DNA of 64,000 nucleotides, from NCBI GenBank assembly GCA_964541895.1, contig CAZISM010000001.1, forward strand, positions 22,796 to 86,795, read 5' to 3'. The position numbers and the translations under genes were made by a program. Under the pieces are notes generated by a model. That model was given only the letters and a program-made list of their open reading frames with translations. It was not told where the DNA came from and did no database searches. Source of the DNA: an uncultured Cytophagia bacterium (GTDB taxonomy: Bacteria > Zhuqueibacterota > Zhuqueibacteria > Residuimicrobiales > Residuimicrobiaceae). Positions 48,770 to 58,926 of this stretch are shown piece by piece; within the stretch, counting starts at the first letter, position 1, and each line of letters starts with the position of its first letter.

Positions 48770-50881
48770 TTATTTATGTTCCATGTCATAGACGCCGTTC
48801 CAGTTATCCGGAACGGGATTTTCCAGATTATTCAGACAACGGCCGGTATACAGGCGGGAAGGGCCATCAGAGGGAAAATAGCGCAACACCCTGCGGAATT
48901 GACGCAAGGACTCTGCCCAGCGTCGCTCCCGGTACGCCTGTACGCCTTCGCCGAAAATGTCAACGATAAACTCCTGTTCGATGTCAGGCAGGGTCTTGAT
49001 GCCACGCAATTCGTAGATCCGGAGAGGTTTGCTTCTTCCCATCACCCGCACCAGATCCAGTTCACGAACGCAGACCAGATCCTTGACGGGTTCATAGGTT
49101 TGCTCGCTGATGATGATGGTGGTTTCATAATACTTGTTCAGACCTTCCAGGCGGGCGCCCACGTTTACCTCGTCGCCGATTACTGTGTAGTCGAACATCT
49201 GGCGCGAGCCCAGGTTGCCAACGATCACTTTGCCGCTGTTGATGCCGATACCGATGTTAAAGTATTCCTTGTAGTCAATGGACCAACGCTTCTGTATCTG
49301 CCGCAGGTTATCCACCATATCCAAAGCGGTCCTGCAGGCCCGTTCAGCATGATCCGCGTAGAAATAGGGGGCGCCATACACCGCCATGATTTCGTCGCCG
49401 ACAAATTTGTCGAGGGTGCCGTCGTATTTAAAGATGATCTCGACCATTTCAGACAGATATTCCTGCAAGCGATGAACGACCACTTCAGGTTCATGGGTTT
49501 CTGAAAACGAAGTAAACCGTCTGATATCGGAAAACAGCACGGTCAATTCCCTGCGCTCTCCGCCATAGGAGGGCAACTCGCCGCTGCTGAGCATTTTTTC
49601 TACCACGCTGGGGGCAACATACTGCTGAAAGGTTTTGCGAATACGGGCTTTTTCTCTCTGTTCGGTAACCGTCTGGAAGGCCAGTCCGACAATGTAGGTG
49701 AATAGCACGGTGAGTACCGGCATGACCAGGTTGAGAACGGTACGGTAATGAATGAAGAGAAGATACCCGGCCGTAACCGCCAGGAGCCCCAGGCTGACGC
49801 TGACAAAAAGTGCGCGAAACGGTTTGAGGGACAGGGTGACCGCGCTGGTCAACAGGGCCAACAGGATCACAAGAGTGGCTGTTAGCCACAGGGGGGCATC
49901 GCGCAGAAACGCATGGTGAAGCAGCGTATTCAAGGCATTGGCGTGCATCTCTACGCCCGGCAATTTTTGTCGCTTGCCGCCATGCTCAAAAAAAGGGGTG
50001 TATTTGTTATCCTGCAATTCTTCCGCCGAAGCGCCGACGAACACTATTTTGTCGCGAAAGGTGTTCCACAGCAGATGCTGTTCAAAGACATCGGTATCTT
50101 CATCTTCGGCGAGATCAAACTCGGCGTCATCCAGAAGAGTGGAGAGTGAATAAGTTCTGAACGTCTGTGCCGGACCTGCGAAATTGACGTACATGGTGTT
50201 ATCCGAAACGGTGGGCACCTGCAGCGGTCCGTACTGAAAAAAGCCTCCGGCCACCCGGGGCGGCGCCAGGCCGGGACGGACAGCGTGCAGGGACAAAAAG
50301 GCCTGCACAGCCAGCGGGAAATAGGGGCGGTCTGGCATCTGCTGAAATAGCAAGTATTGCCGGATAAAGCCGTCTGCATCTTCGACGACGTTGACCAGGC
50401 CGATGTCAGCGCCTGTGGCCAGCAGGGGCGCGACGGGCTTGAGAATAAAGTGGTTGTTGACGCTGCGGCGACTCTGATCCAGGACCACCTTGCCGGCCAG
50501 TATGACGTTGCCTGCTCCGGCAACGGCGGCGGCCAGCGAGTCGTCTTCCTGCGGGTGTTCCCGGCTGGGCTCGGTGAACTCTACATCAAAGACGATCAGG
50601 CGGGCGCCGGCCAGCTGCAGGTTGTGGATCATGCGCGCGAAATAGGTTCTCGGATAAGGCCATTTGGTCGGCAGGCTTTTCATGCTTTCATCGTCGATGG
50701 CCACAATAACGATAGAGGTATCGGCTGACGCGTCAGCTCCGCGCAGGCTGAAAAGAGTATTGATAGTACGAAGTTGAAAGTTGCGTGATACACCCAGTGA
50801 AGAGAGGGCCGCGGCCAGCATTAATCCGAGAGAGGCAAACCGCAGAACGTTAAAAGCCAGTTTTGTCGCCTTTTTGCTCAT
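48770..50881 (-). CDS. CHASE2-domain membrane sensor fused to class III adenylate/guanylate cyclase
   Basis: N-terminal TM, periplasmic CHASE2 region, three TM helices. Catalytic domain motifs TVLFSDIRRFT, FVGDEIMAVYG, GIGINSGKVIVGNLGS. Confidence 0.85.
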   Translation of the reverse strand: MSKKATKLAFNVLRFASLGLMLAAALSSLGVSRNFQLRTINTLFSLRGADASADTSIVIVAIDDESMKSLPTKWPYPRTYFARMIHNLQLAGARLIVFDVEFTEPSREHPQEDDSLAAAVAGAGNVILAGKVVLDQSRRSVNNHFILKPVAPLLATGADIGLVNVVEDADGFIRQYLLFQQMPDRPYFPLAVQAFLSLHAVRPGLAPPRVAGGFFQYGPLQVPTVSDNTMYVNFAGPAQTFRTYSLSTLLDDAEFDLAEDEDTDVFEQHLLWNTFRDKIVFVGASAEELQDNKYTPFFEHGGKRQKLPGVEMHANALNTLLHHAFLRDAPLWLTATLVILLALLTSAVTLSLKPFRALFVSVSLGLLAVTAGYLLFIHYRTVLNLVMPVLTVLFTYIVGLAFQTVTEQREKARIRKTFQQYVAPSVVEKMLSSGELPSYGGERRELTVLFSDIRRFTSFSETHEPEVVVHRLQEYLSEMVEIIFKYDGTLDKFVGDEIMAVYGAPYFYADHAERACRTALDMVDNLRQIQKRWSIDYKEYFNIGIGINSGKVIVGNLGSRQMFDYTVIGDEVNVGARLEGLNKYYETTIIISEQTYEPVKDLVCVRELDLVRVMGRSKPLRIYELRGIKTLPDIEQEFIVDIFGEGVQAYRERRWAESLRQFRRVLRYFPSDGPSRLYTGRCLNNLENPVPDNWNGVYDMEHK

Positions 50882-50918
50882 GTTGCCCTGTTCAGAGAGT
50901 GCGCCGCGGCGAGCCGGA

Positions 50919-53501
50919 CTAGAAATATTTATCGTATCGAATCCGGAAGAGTTTATCCGTATAAGCGCCCGTGCTGCTGTTGGCCGTCGTCTTCATATTG
51001 ATAAAGTCGGCGTCTGCTTTGAGGGTATGTTGCCTGGCTATGGTGAAGGTTAATCCTAATCGCGCCTGATCTCGATCCAGAGAACCGATCGCCGCAGAGG
51101 CACCAGCCATACGAATCCTTCTGCCATCAATGTACGAAGTTAAACGATCCCGCACAATAGCATATTCGGCGGCGCCGCCGATCATGGTGTAGTCGAGTTG
51201 GCCCTGCTGCAGCGCTCCGTTGTTCTGGTTGGTGGCATAGCTCAACGTCGCCTTGAGCGGGAAAGAAAATTGTGTGGCCCACGAGATCATGGCGATGGAG
51301 GTGCTGATTTCCCGGCTGAGATAACCGGGCAAACGCGTGGCGTTGTACTCGTCGATGTTTCGGGAGGAGGTAAAGCTGAGATTCAACGTGTGCTGCAGAT
51401 CAAACAGATGCACGTCGTATCCCAATTGCGCGGAAAGATCGTTATAGATGGTGCGTTCGCGATTATCCACCAGGGTGGTATCCAGGGTAAGGCCGGTGTT
51501 GAGAATTCTGGTTTCGACCAGGGATACGCCGTTGTCGCGATGATGGTCGCGTTTGCTGAGGGTCAGTTGCGGCAAACCCATGCCGGGATAAAAGGTGATG
51601 CCATAGTTCAGAGTCTTGAGGGAGATGGCCGGATTGGCATTCTGTTCGCTGAAATTATCCAGATAATCTTCGTACCCCAGATTGACGTACAGTTTGTTTT
51701 TGAAGAGACGGATGCGGTCAGAGAAATAGAGGCCGGCGATGTCCTTGCGCAGCCAGGCGTTGGCCAGGGAAAGGTAGGCGCCGCCGATGGATTTGTAGCC
51801 CACCTGCAGCAGGTTGTGGAAATAATCCAGTTTGATGGAGCCGTCATAGGCGACAGAGCTCATTTCCAGCGGGTTGATGGGCGAGGTGCTTTCGTTAATG
51901 ACCAGATATTTTTCCAGACTTTGTGGGTCGATGGGCAGTTCCGTGTCAGAACCGAAAATACGTTTCACATCATCCGAGTTGATGGAACCGGGCGCTGTGT
52001 TGTTGGTGAGAAAACTCATGGCCGCGTTGGCCTCGATGACAAAACGGCCGCGATCGAAAACGATTTTCATGTCCGGCCCGAACACCAGGTTGTCTTTGGG
52101 CATGGTGCCGTACCTGATGGACTTGATCTGATCCTTGACCTTGATCAGGGACAGGCCCAATTGAAATCGTTTGCCGCTGCCCAGGCTGGGGCGGATGCCA
52201 ATCAGGTCCTGACCATAGGTGCCGTAGCCGGCCATAGCGATAGAATCGGCGCCACTGGCGGATTTGAGCAACAGCGTCCGTCCTTCGATGGCGCGATTGG
52301 TCTCGCCGCTGATAAAATCAACATTGATGAATCCCAGGTGCAGAAAACCGGAGAGGCCGCGCACCCGTTTGCCCCACAGAATCAGCGGATTATACATGGG
52401 ATGATTATCACCGGCGGCGATGCCCAGCCAGGAGGTATACAGGGTCATGTAATACTGGTTGCGCGGCTGATAGGTGCGATCTTCCTGCGACGTAAGATAC
52501 ACATTGCCTTGATAATGCAAACCGCCGTACTGACCGTTAAAATCAAATCCACCCGTGTAGTAGGCGTTGTCAGTAGCGTGCACCTGTTCGCTGCGGCCAT
52601 CGGCAAAGATGTGGATCTGTCTGTTTTGTTTCACCGCCGGCTTTTGTTTTTCCTCTGCCACGCGGAACGAGAGGCCGACAGGCGGGAGGTCCACCCCGGC
52701 TATGCTTCTGCCTTCGATTTCAACAGAATGTTTGCCGGGCTTTAAATGTTTGGGTTCCAGAATGACCAGGCTGGCGCTGATGGAAGCGATGGTAGTCATG
52801 TCAGCCCCGTCCAGCCAGATCTTGATCGAGCTGGAATCCACCTGTACCTCTGAAGTGATGAGACTCACGGCAATGGACAATTCATCGGCGGCTACTTCTT
52901 CATCCGGATCCGGCGACAGGAACAGCAGCGGCGAACCCGTGATCTCCGCTGCGGATTCGGATGGCGCAGGCGATGCTTGTGCTTTGCTGGAGTCTGTGCG
53001 GGCGGCCGCTTTGGATTGAAATTCGGGAAAGGCAGCCGCCTGGGCCGCCGCTTTGATGCTTGATACTTTCTCAGGCACGCTGTTTGGTTCAGGGACCGGG
53101 AGCGCTGATTCCGTGACGAGGATCTCTTCCGGCCGATTGTAGGGATTGATTTCCGGATAGGACAACACCGTCTCGTTGTCGACCGCAGCGGAGATAAAGT
53201 ACTGCATGCGCGGCGCTTTCACGGCGGCGGCCGGAATGGTGGCGATCCAGCTCGAACCCTGCGGTGTCATCTGAATCTGATGAAAGGTGGTCTCGTTGAT
53301 GTTCCGATAGTATACTCTCGCCTGATACACGCGCAGCAGAGAGGGGGTAAAATTAGCCTCCAGCGTTACCGCCGTACCGGCAGCGGCTGCAGTGATCGGC
53401 TGATGCAACAAGCGCGCTATCTGCGTCAAGCCGGAGGCCGGACATACCAGCAGAGCCGATATACTGATCCACAGTGACAACCGTTTCAGGAACATATTCA
53501 T
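50919..53501 (-). CDS. Large outer-membrane beta-barrel protein of unknown family (860 aa)
   Basis: Signal peptide MNMFLKRLSLWISISALLVCPASG. C-terminal aromatic ...IRYDKYF. Alternating amphipathic strands. Ala/Ser/Pro-rich linker after the N-domain. Confidence 0.7.
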   Translation of the reverse strand: MNMFLKRLSLWISISALLVCPASGLTQIARLLHQPITAAAAGTAVTLEANFTPSLLRVYQARVYYRNINETTFHQIQMTPQGSSWIATIPAAAVKAPRMQYFISAAVDNETVLSYPEINPYNRPEEILVTESALPVPEPNSVPEKVSSIKAAAQAAAFPEFQSKAAARTDSSKAQASPAPSESAAEITGSPLLFLSPDPDEEVAADELSIAVSLITSEVQVDSSSIKIWLDGADMTTIASISASLVILEPKHLKPGKHSVEIEGRSIAGVDLPPVGLSFRVAEEKQKPAVKQNRQIHIFADGRSEQVHATDNAYYTGGFDFNGQYGGLHYQGNVYLTSQEDRTYQPRNQYYMTLYTSWLGIAAGDNHPMYNPLILWGKRVRGLSGFLHLGFINVDFISGETNRAIEGRTLLLKSASGADSIAMAGYGTYGQDLIGIRPSLGSGKRFQLGLSLIKVKDQIKSIRYGTMPKDNLVFGPDMKIVFDRGRFVIEANAAMSFLTNNTAPGSINSDDVKRIFGSDTELPIDPQSLEKYLVINESTSPINPLEMSSVAYDGSIKLDYFHNLLQVGYKSIGGAYLSLANAWLRKDIAGLYFSDRIRLFKNKLYVNLGYEDYLDNFSEQNANPAISLKTLNYGITFYPGMGLPQLTLSKRDHHRDNGVSLVETRILNTGLTLDTTLVDNRERTIYNDLSAQLGYDVHLFDLQHTLNLSFTSSRNIDEYNATRLPGYLSREISTSIAMISWATQFSFPLKATLSYATNQNNGALQQGQLDYTMIGGAAEYAIVRDRLTSYIDGRRIRMAGASAAIGSLDRDQARLGLTFTIARQHTLKADADFINMKTTANSSTGAYTDKLFRIRYDKYF

Positions 53502-53517
53502 GGGATCCTTTAGTAAG

Positions 53518-54189
53518 CTATTTTTTCTTGAAGCGGATTTTCAATGTCTTTTTCTGACCTTCTGAATTCTGAAACTCGATGTCGAGATCCTGCTCCTCAT
53601 CAGCCAGTGCCCAGTCGGGTACGCTGCCGCCGGGAGAGGAGGAGGGCTTTTCGCCTTTTTTGGAAAATCCCATCTCACCTTTGCCGACCAAAACTTCGCC
53701 GAGTTCGTTCAACAGCTGGACCAGGCCCTCTACACCGAAAATAAAGGTCTGTCCCAGGTTGTCTACGACCGTGTAAAACTCGGTCCCTTTCACCGCAGCA
53801 ACGCCGGAAGGGGTTTGTACGCGATAGCCGGCGCCGTTGGGGGTGACCTTGCTCCACAATTCACCCACGCTTACGTACAGTTCTTTGCTGATGCCTTTTT
53901 CCTTCTTTTCGCCCTTGATTTCCACATCGGAGTTGGCGCGTATTTTCATCATCGTCTTGTCATCCAGGAACACCAGCGAAACCAGGGCGTTTTCCTGAGT
54001 GCGGATGCGATCGCCGCTATGGACACGGCTGCCTTTTTTGAGAACGGCCCAATCCTGGTTGGCTGTTTTTATGCTGGCGGAGCCGACCACCTTGAGAACA
54101 AAGGCGATTTCTCTGACCGGGGCGGCGGTAAGCCAGACAGCCCAAACGAGCATCAGAGCAGCAAGCGAAAAAGAAATTCTAGCGGACAT
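53518..54189 (-). CDS. FecR-domain secreted protein
   Basis: Start at the Met with GAGAGAGG RBS. Signal peptide MSARISFSLAALMLVWAVWLTAAPV. FecR-like beta segment. Lys-rich C-terminal tail. Confidence 0.65.
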   Translation of the reverse strand: MSARISFSLAALMLVWAVWLTAAPVREIAFVLKVVGSASIKTANQDWAVLKKGSRVHSGDRIRTQENALVSLVFLDDKTMMKIRANSDVEIKGEKKEKGISKELYVSVGELWSKVTPNGAGYRVQTPSGVAAVKGTEFYTVVDNLGQTFIFGVEGLVQLLNELGEVLVGKGEMGFSKKGEKPSSSPGGSVPDWALADEEQDLDIEFQNSEGQKKTLKIRFKKK

Positions 54190-54205
54190 ATTTACCTCTC
54201 TCAGC

Positions 54206-55342
54206 TCATTCACAGGATACATGGACAATCGTGTACTCGCCGTTTTTAATTTTAGCCAACAGAGCGAGAACCTGATCCATAGAGTAGGGTCTGCCATTGA
54301 TGGTAAAGACGCCAGTCGGCGTAAAGCCGTTGAGCGGACCGGAGGCGATCAGCAGCGCTGCCAGTTGATCACCCAGCACGCCGCCCAGCTCGGACAGCAG
54401 GAACGAAGGGGCCCCCTCGCCGCTGCTGGAGAAATCAACCAGTTTGAACGCCCAGATTTCGCCGGGCAATTCCACCTCGGTTCCGGAGGTGGCTGCCAAT
54501 CCTGTGATCTGCCAGTAATAGGTTTTGCCGCGCTCCAACGGCCACACGCCGCTGGCTGGGTACTGATAGGCGGTGGTGGCGAGAACGTCGATGCCGTTGG
54601 CCAAAGCCCGGTCGATGCGGAAGGTGCGGTCAAAACGCACCCGGTCGCGCATAACTTCTTCAGGGCTGGCGCCGGCATGCACATCCGGCAGCTTTTCAGC
54701 AATGCGCAGGCGGAATTTGTCCAGATTGGAATCCCAGCGAAACAGGGGCAACAGAGTATAAACAGGCATGGGTTCTTCCCGGCCGGCCGGGCTGCCTGGA
54801 CTGATCAGAGTCAGGGTGGAGGGATTGTCCACTCGAATCGAAATCTCGGCGTGGCTGACGTGAGAGGAATTCAATTGATGCAAATCAAAAAGAAAATAAT
54901 AGGTATCAGAGGGCAGCTTTCCCGTGGCCAGCAGACGATTTTTCAGTTCATTTCCGGCCCCTTCGATAGAATAGTCCTGCAGGCGAAATTGCTGCGCCTC
55001 GGTGAAGAGATTCTGATTGGTTAATCGAATGGCTTGTGCCGGATTCAGCGTAAAAGGCTGCGTCCGCCCGGAAGCCAGTTCGCCCATGGCATCGGAGCGG
55101 ATGGTCAGCACCAGGTAACAGGGGACCGCTGTGAGTGAAGAATTGTTCATAACAATTGAAAAAATATCACCGCTGCTGGTCCCTTTGCCCGTCAAATTAA
55201 AATCACTCAGGAAGAATATTCTCAAGCCAGGGTTCAGGAGTTGGGCTGAAATATTAACCTGCTGAGCAAAGCCTCCATGGACCATGAGGACGAGGACCAA
55301 CAACAAGGTTAATGACATGACCGGAAAACGGGTAGCGTGCAT
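54206..55342 (-). CDS. Secreted hypothetical protein; first gene of the FecR/OMP/CHASE2-cyclase operon
   Basis: Start at the Met with GGAGGGG RBS (55342). Signal peptide MHATRFPVMSLTLLLVLVLMVHGGFAQQ. No recognisable domain. Confidence 0.6.
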   Translation of the reverse strand: MHATRFPVMSLTLLLVLVLMVHGGFAQQVNISAQLLNPGLRIFFLSDFNLTGKGTSSGDIFSIVMNNSSLTAVPCYLVLTIRSDAMGELASGRTQPFTLNPAQAIRLTNQNLFTEAQQFRLQDYSIEGAGNELKNRLLATGKLPSDTYYFLFDLHQLNSSHVSHAEISIRVDNPSTLTLISPGSPAGREEPMPVYTLLPLFRWDSNLDKFRLRIAEKLPDVHAGASPEEVMRDRVRFDRTFRIDRALANGIDVLATTAYQYPASGVWPLERGKTYYWQITGLAATSGTEVELPGEIWAFKLVDFSSSGEGAPSFLLSELGGVLGDQLAALLIASGPLNGFTPTGVFTINGRPYSMDQVLALLAKIKNGEYTIVHVSCE

Positions 55343-55383
55343 AACCCCTCCAAAGGTTCGATTGCAACTATCATACATAAAGT

Positions 55384-55399
55384 TACAATTCGAATGCCA
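55384..55399 (-). promoter_or_regulatory. Sigma-54-like promoter candidate on minus strand: TGGCAT-N5-TTGTA (imperfect -12)
   Basis: Reverse complement of 55384-55400 reads ttGGcattcgaatTGTa. Correct spacing, but -12 is GT not GC. About 30 nt upstream of the 55342 start. Confidence 0.25.
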
Positions 55400-55538
55400 A
55401 AAAAATATTATTGATTTATTTATAGTTAGTGCAGGACAAGCAGGCTGGAATATGTTGTATTTTGAAATAGTGTATCATATAAATACAGATAACATTGCAT
55501 TTATAAAGTATTATTCCTATATTGTTAAGCGGGTAAAA

Positions 55539-56360
55539 ATGATATGTTTTGTTCATGATGAGCGGAAATCAGCCAAACAGATTAACAAATCCGTGTTACT
55601 ATCCGGCAAAAATATTCTGATCAGCGGTGCCTCCTCCGGGATCGGACAGGAACTGGCGAAACAGCTGGCGGCAAAAGGCAACCGTCTTTTTTTAATGGCT
55701 CGACGGCAGGACTTGCTGCACGATCTGGTGCAGCAGCTCGCGCCGCATGCGCAGGGGCATCGATATTATCTGTGCGACGTCAGCCATCGCAGCCAGGTGC
55801 AGGAGGTGTGCCGCCGCATTCTCGATGAGACCTCAGAGTTAGATCTGCTCATTTTAAACGCCGGCGTCGGCGGCGGTTTTGACAGTCTGCACATGGATGT
55901 CGACAATATGCGCTATCAGTTTGATGTCAATTTTTGGGGTGTGGTCTATCCACTGGCCGACCTGCTGCCGGGCATGGCGGCGCGCCGAACTGGCCAGGTG
56001 GCGGTGATGAGCAGTCTGGCGGGGTATCGCGGCCTGCCGCGGTCGGCGCCCTATTCGGCCAGCAAGGCCGCCTTGCGCAACCTTACCGAAAGCCTGCGCA
56101 TCGATCTGCAGCAGGCGGGCATAACGTTTTCGCTGATCTCGCCCGGTTTCGTCAAAACACCCATGACGGATCTCAATGACTTTTATATGCCCTTCATGAT
56201 GACGGTGGACAAAGCCGGCCGGATTATTATTCGAGGTTTGGAGAAGCAAAAAACAGAAATTCATTTTCCTTACCGTCTTTCCCTTTTGGTCAAGGCCGCA
56301 CGCTGGCTGCCTGACCGTTGGTACGCGCGCTTATTCAAAATAACCACATTCAGCTGGTAA
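55539..56360 (+). CDS. Short-chain dehydrogenase/reductase (SDR family)
   Basis: Cofactor motif ISGASSGIG. Catalytic YxxxK (YSASKAA). First ATG after an AT-rich promoter region. Confidence 0.75.
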   Translation: MICFVHDERKSAKQINKSVLLSGKNILISGASSGIGQELAKQLAAKGNRLFLMARRQDLLHDLVQQLAPHAQGHRYYLCDVSHRSQVQEVCRRILDETSELDLLILNAGVGGGFDSLHMDVDNMRYQFDVNFWGVVYPLADLLPGMAARRTGQVAVMSSLAGYRGLPRSAPYSASKAALRNLTESLRIDLQQAGITFSLISPGFVKTPMTDLNDFYMPFMMTVDKAGRIIIRGLEKQKTEIHFPYRLSLLVKAARWLPDRWYARLFKITTFSW

Positions 56361-56381
56361 GGAATCGCCACGGATGAACCT

Positions 56382-57248
56382 ATGAAAAAACTGGCCTTTG
56401 TTCTTTTCTGTTCTTTTTTGTTGGGATGCCGGACCACGACAGATCCTGTCGACAACCGGCTTGTCATTGCCACCAGCATTGCGCCCCTGGCGGATTTCGT
56501 TCGGCAAGTGGGCGGTGAGCGTGTACGCGTCTTCAGCATCGTCCCCTCCGGCGCCAATCCGCACACCTTTGAAATGACTCCGGACCAGCTGTCCCAGCTG
56601 GCCAAGGCGCGTGTAATGTTTATCAACGGCATCGGTCTGGAGTACTGGGCCGATAAAGTCCTTGATAACTTTATTTCGCACGGTCTTCAGGTCGTGGATG
56701 TTTCAACCGGTATACCGGTCCTGGCGGACGAAGATCACGCCGGCGGTAATCCGCACGTCTGGCTCAATCCGCAGTATGCCGCCAAGCAGGTTGAAAGCAT
56801 CCGTCAGGGCTTGTGCCGGGTTGATAGTGCTTTCGCCGCCTATTACAACCAAAACGCCGATCAGTACCTCGCCCGTTTGCAGCAGTTGGATCGCGAGATC
56901 GAACAGGAAATCAGGCAGTGGCGTTACCGCTCGTTTATCTGTTTTCATCCCTCCTGGAACTATTTTGCCGATCGTTACGGGCTGATCCAGGCGGCGGTCA
57001 TTGAAAAGCGCCCCGGTTTTGAGCCAACCCCCGGCGAGGTGGCGGAAATCATAACCCTTGTTCGCAAGATCGAAGCCAAAGCGATTTTCGCAGAAATGCA
57101 ATTTCCGCTCAAAATCAGCCAGATGATTGCCCAGGAGGCCGGCGCCATGGTGCTGGTGCTGGATCCGTTGGGAGAAGATACGGAGCATTACACCTACGTG
57201 GATATGATACGCGCGAATGTGCAAACCATGGCAAAGGCGTTACGATAA
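56382..57248 (+). CDS. Metal (Zn/Mn) ABC transporter substrate-binding lipoprotein (ZnuA/TroA family)
   Basis: Lipobox LLGCRTT. Metal-ligand histidines (NPHTFEMTP, GGNPHVWLNP). Confidence 0.75.
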   Translation: MKKLAFVLFCSFLLGCRTTTDPVDNRLVIATSIAPLADFVRQVGGERVRVFSIVPSGANPHTFEMTPDQLSQLAKARVMFINGIGLEYWADKVLDNFISHGLQVVDVSTGIPVLADEDHAGGNPHVWLNPQYAAKQVESIRQGLCRVDSAFAAYYNQNADQYLARLQQLDREIEQEIRQWRYRSFICFHPSWNYFADRYGLIQAAVIEKRPGFEPTPGEVAEIITLVRKIEAKAIFAEMQFPLKISQMIAQEAGAMVLVLDPLGEDTEHYTYVDMIRANVQTMAKALR

Positions 57249-58037
57249 ATGAACGCAGAACCCGCCGTTGATATTAAGCATCTCTATGTCGCCTATGAAG
57301 ACAAACTGGCGTTGGAAGACGTCACGTTTGCCATCGGCCGTGGCGAGTTCTGGGGCATTCTTGGGCCCAACGGTTCCGGCAAGACGACCTTGCTGCGAGC
57401 CATGGTGGGGCTGCTGAAGCCGCTTTCCGGCGGCGTACAGCTTTTCGGCAAAAGTATTAACGACCTGGGGAGCGCGCGGGAAAAAATCGGCTATGTTCCG
57501 CAACATTCGCAGATAGATATCCAGTTCCCCATCAAAGTCAAGGATGTGGTCATGCTGGGTCGTTGTGGCAAGATCGGTATGGGCAAGCGACCGGGCAAAG
57601 CGGATTGGGCGGCGGTGGACGAAGCCCTGCGCCTGGTCGATCTTGTCGATCTGGCGGATCGGCAAATCGGACAGCTGTCCGGCGGCCAACGGCAAAAGGT
57701 GTTGATTGCGCGTGCCCTCGCCCTGCATCCCGAGTTGCTGCTGCTGGACGAGCCGACGGCGGCCCTGGATGTGGGCGCCTCTGAAAGTTTTTATGCCTGG
57801 CTGCACCAGATGCATACCCGATTAAACGCCACTCTGGTGATCGTTTCTCATGATGTGGGCGTTGTCTCCCGATACGTAACCGCGGTGGCGTGCCTCAACC
57901 GGACGCTGGTGGCGCACGGACTGCCGAGCGAAATTTTGAGCCAGGATACTCTGGAAGGGATGTACGGCTGCGACGCCATGTTTTTCCGGCATGGCGATGT
58001 CCCGCACCTGGTGGTGCCGCACGTCCATCGTCACTAG
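57249..58037 (+). CDS. Metal ABC transporter ATP-binding protein (ZnuC-like)
   Basis: Walker A GPNGSGKTT. Signature LSGGQRQKV. Walker B LLLLDEP. Confidence 0.85.
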   Translation: MNAEPAVDIKHLYVAYEDKLALEDVTFAIGRGEFWGILGPNGSGKTTLLRAMVGLLKPLSGGVQLFGKSINDLGSAREKIGYVPQHSQIDIQFPIKVKDVVMLGRCGKIGMGKRPGKADWAAVDEALRLVDLVDLADRQIGQLSGGQRQKVLIARALALHPELLLLDEPTAALDVGASESFYAWLHQMHTRLNATLVIVSHDVGVVSRYVTAVACLNRTLVAHGLPSEILSQDTLEGMYGCDAMFFRHGDVPHLVVPHVHRH

Positions 58038-58090
58038 TCCTTCTGATCAGAATCGTCAGGTCAAACGTGGAAATTCTACAATACACTTTT

Positions 58091-58912
58091 ATGCAGCGGG
58101 CGGTGCTGTCGGCGACCTTGATCGGTGCGCTCTGTGCACTGATCGGCGTCTATATTGTGCTGCGCAGCATGTCCTTCATCGGCGCCGGCATAGCGCACGC
58201 CTCGTTCGGCGGTGTGGCCTTGGGCTTTCTGTTGCACATCAACCCCTTTTTTACCACCATCGTTTTTTCGACTTTGACCGCCTGGGCCATCGCGTTCGTC
58301 AGCGAGAAGCAAAAAGTGCGCGAAGACACGGCCGTGGGCATTTTTTTTGCTTCCACCATGGCGTTCGGTGTGCTCCTGATCGGATTGATGCGCGGCTACA
58401 ATGTAGATCTGTTCAGTTATATCTTTGGCAATATTCTGGCAGTCAGCCGGTTTGACATCTATGCCGGTTTGATCCTCGCTTTGATCGTCATCGGTTTTAT
58501 CGCCTTTTTTTTCAAGGAATTTCTCCTGATCACCTTTGACGTGGAAATGGCGCGGGTGCTGGGACTGCCGGTTCGTCGTTTGAACCTGCTCATGCTCACT
58601 CTGGTGGCCATGACCATTGTCATTTCCATAAAAAGCGTCGGCATCGTGCTGGTGTCCGCCCTGATCGTAACCCCGGCGGCGGCGGCCTATCTGCTCACCT
58701 CGGATTTTAAAAAAATGATGTGGCTGTCGGTGGCTATCGGCGTCGGCTCTTCCTGGGCCGGGCTCTTCATCTCCGTCGCGCTGAATCTCGCCTCCGGAGC
58801 AGCCATCGTGCTGGCGGCCACGCTGTTTTTTTTCTGCTGCCTGATGTTCTCGCCCAAACAGCGGCATCTGCGCACGCGGGTTGGCATGCTGCAACAACTG
58901 ATCAAGCGATAG
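58091..58912 (+). CDS. Metal ABC transporter permease (ZnuB-like, ABC-3 family)
   Basis: 8-TM protein. ORF track extends to 57890; ATG 58091 taken as start. Confidence 0.75.
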   Translation: MQRAVLSATLIGALCALIGVYIVLRSMSFIGAGIAHASFGGVALGFLLHINPFFTTIVFSTLTAWAIAFVSEKQKVREDTAVGIFFASTMAFGVLLIGLMRGYNVDLFSYIFGNILAVSRFDIYAGLILALIVIGFIAFFFKEFLLITFDVEMARVLGLPVRRLNLLMLTLVAMTIVISIKSVGIVLVSALIVTPAAAAYLLTSDFKKMMWLSVAIGVGSSWAGLFISVALNLASGAAIVLAATLFFFCCLMFSPKQRHLRTRVGMLQQLIKR

Positions 58913-58926
58913 CAGGAGGAGAATCC

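Noticed and set aside
51198-52745. 515-aa + strand ORF inside the 860-aa OMP gene
   Set aside because: Antisense to a signal-peptide-bearing beta-barrel ORF. Low-complexity Gly/Ala/Asp composition.
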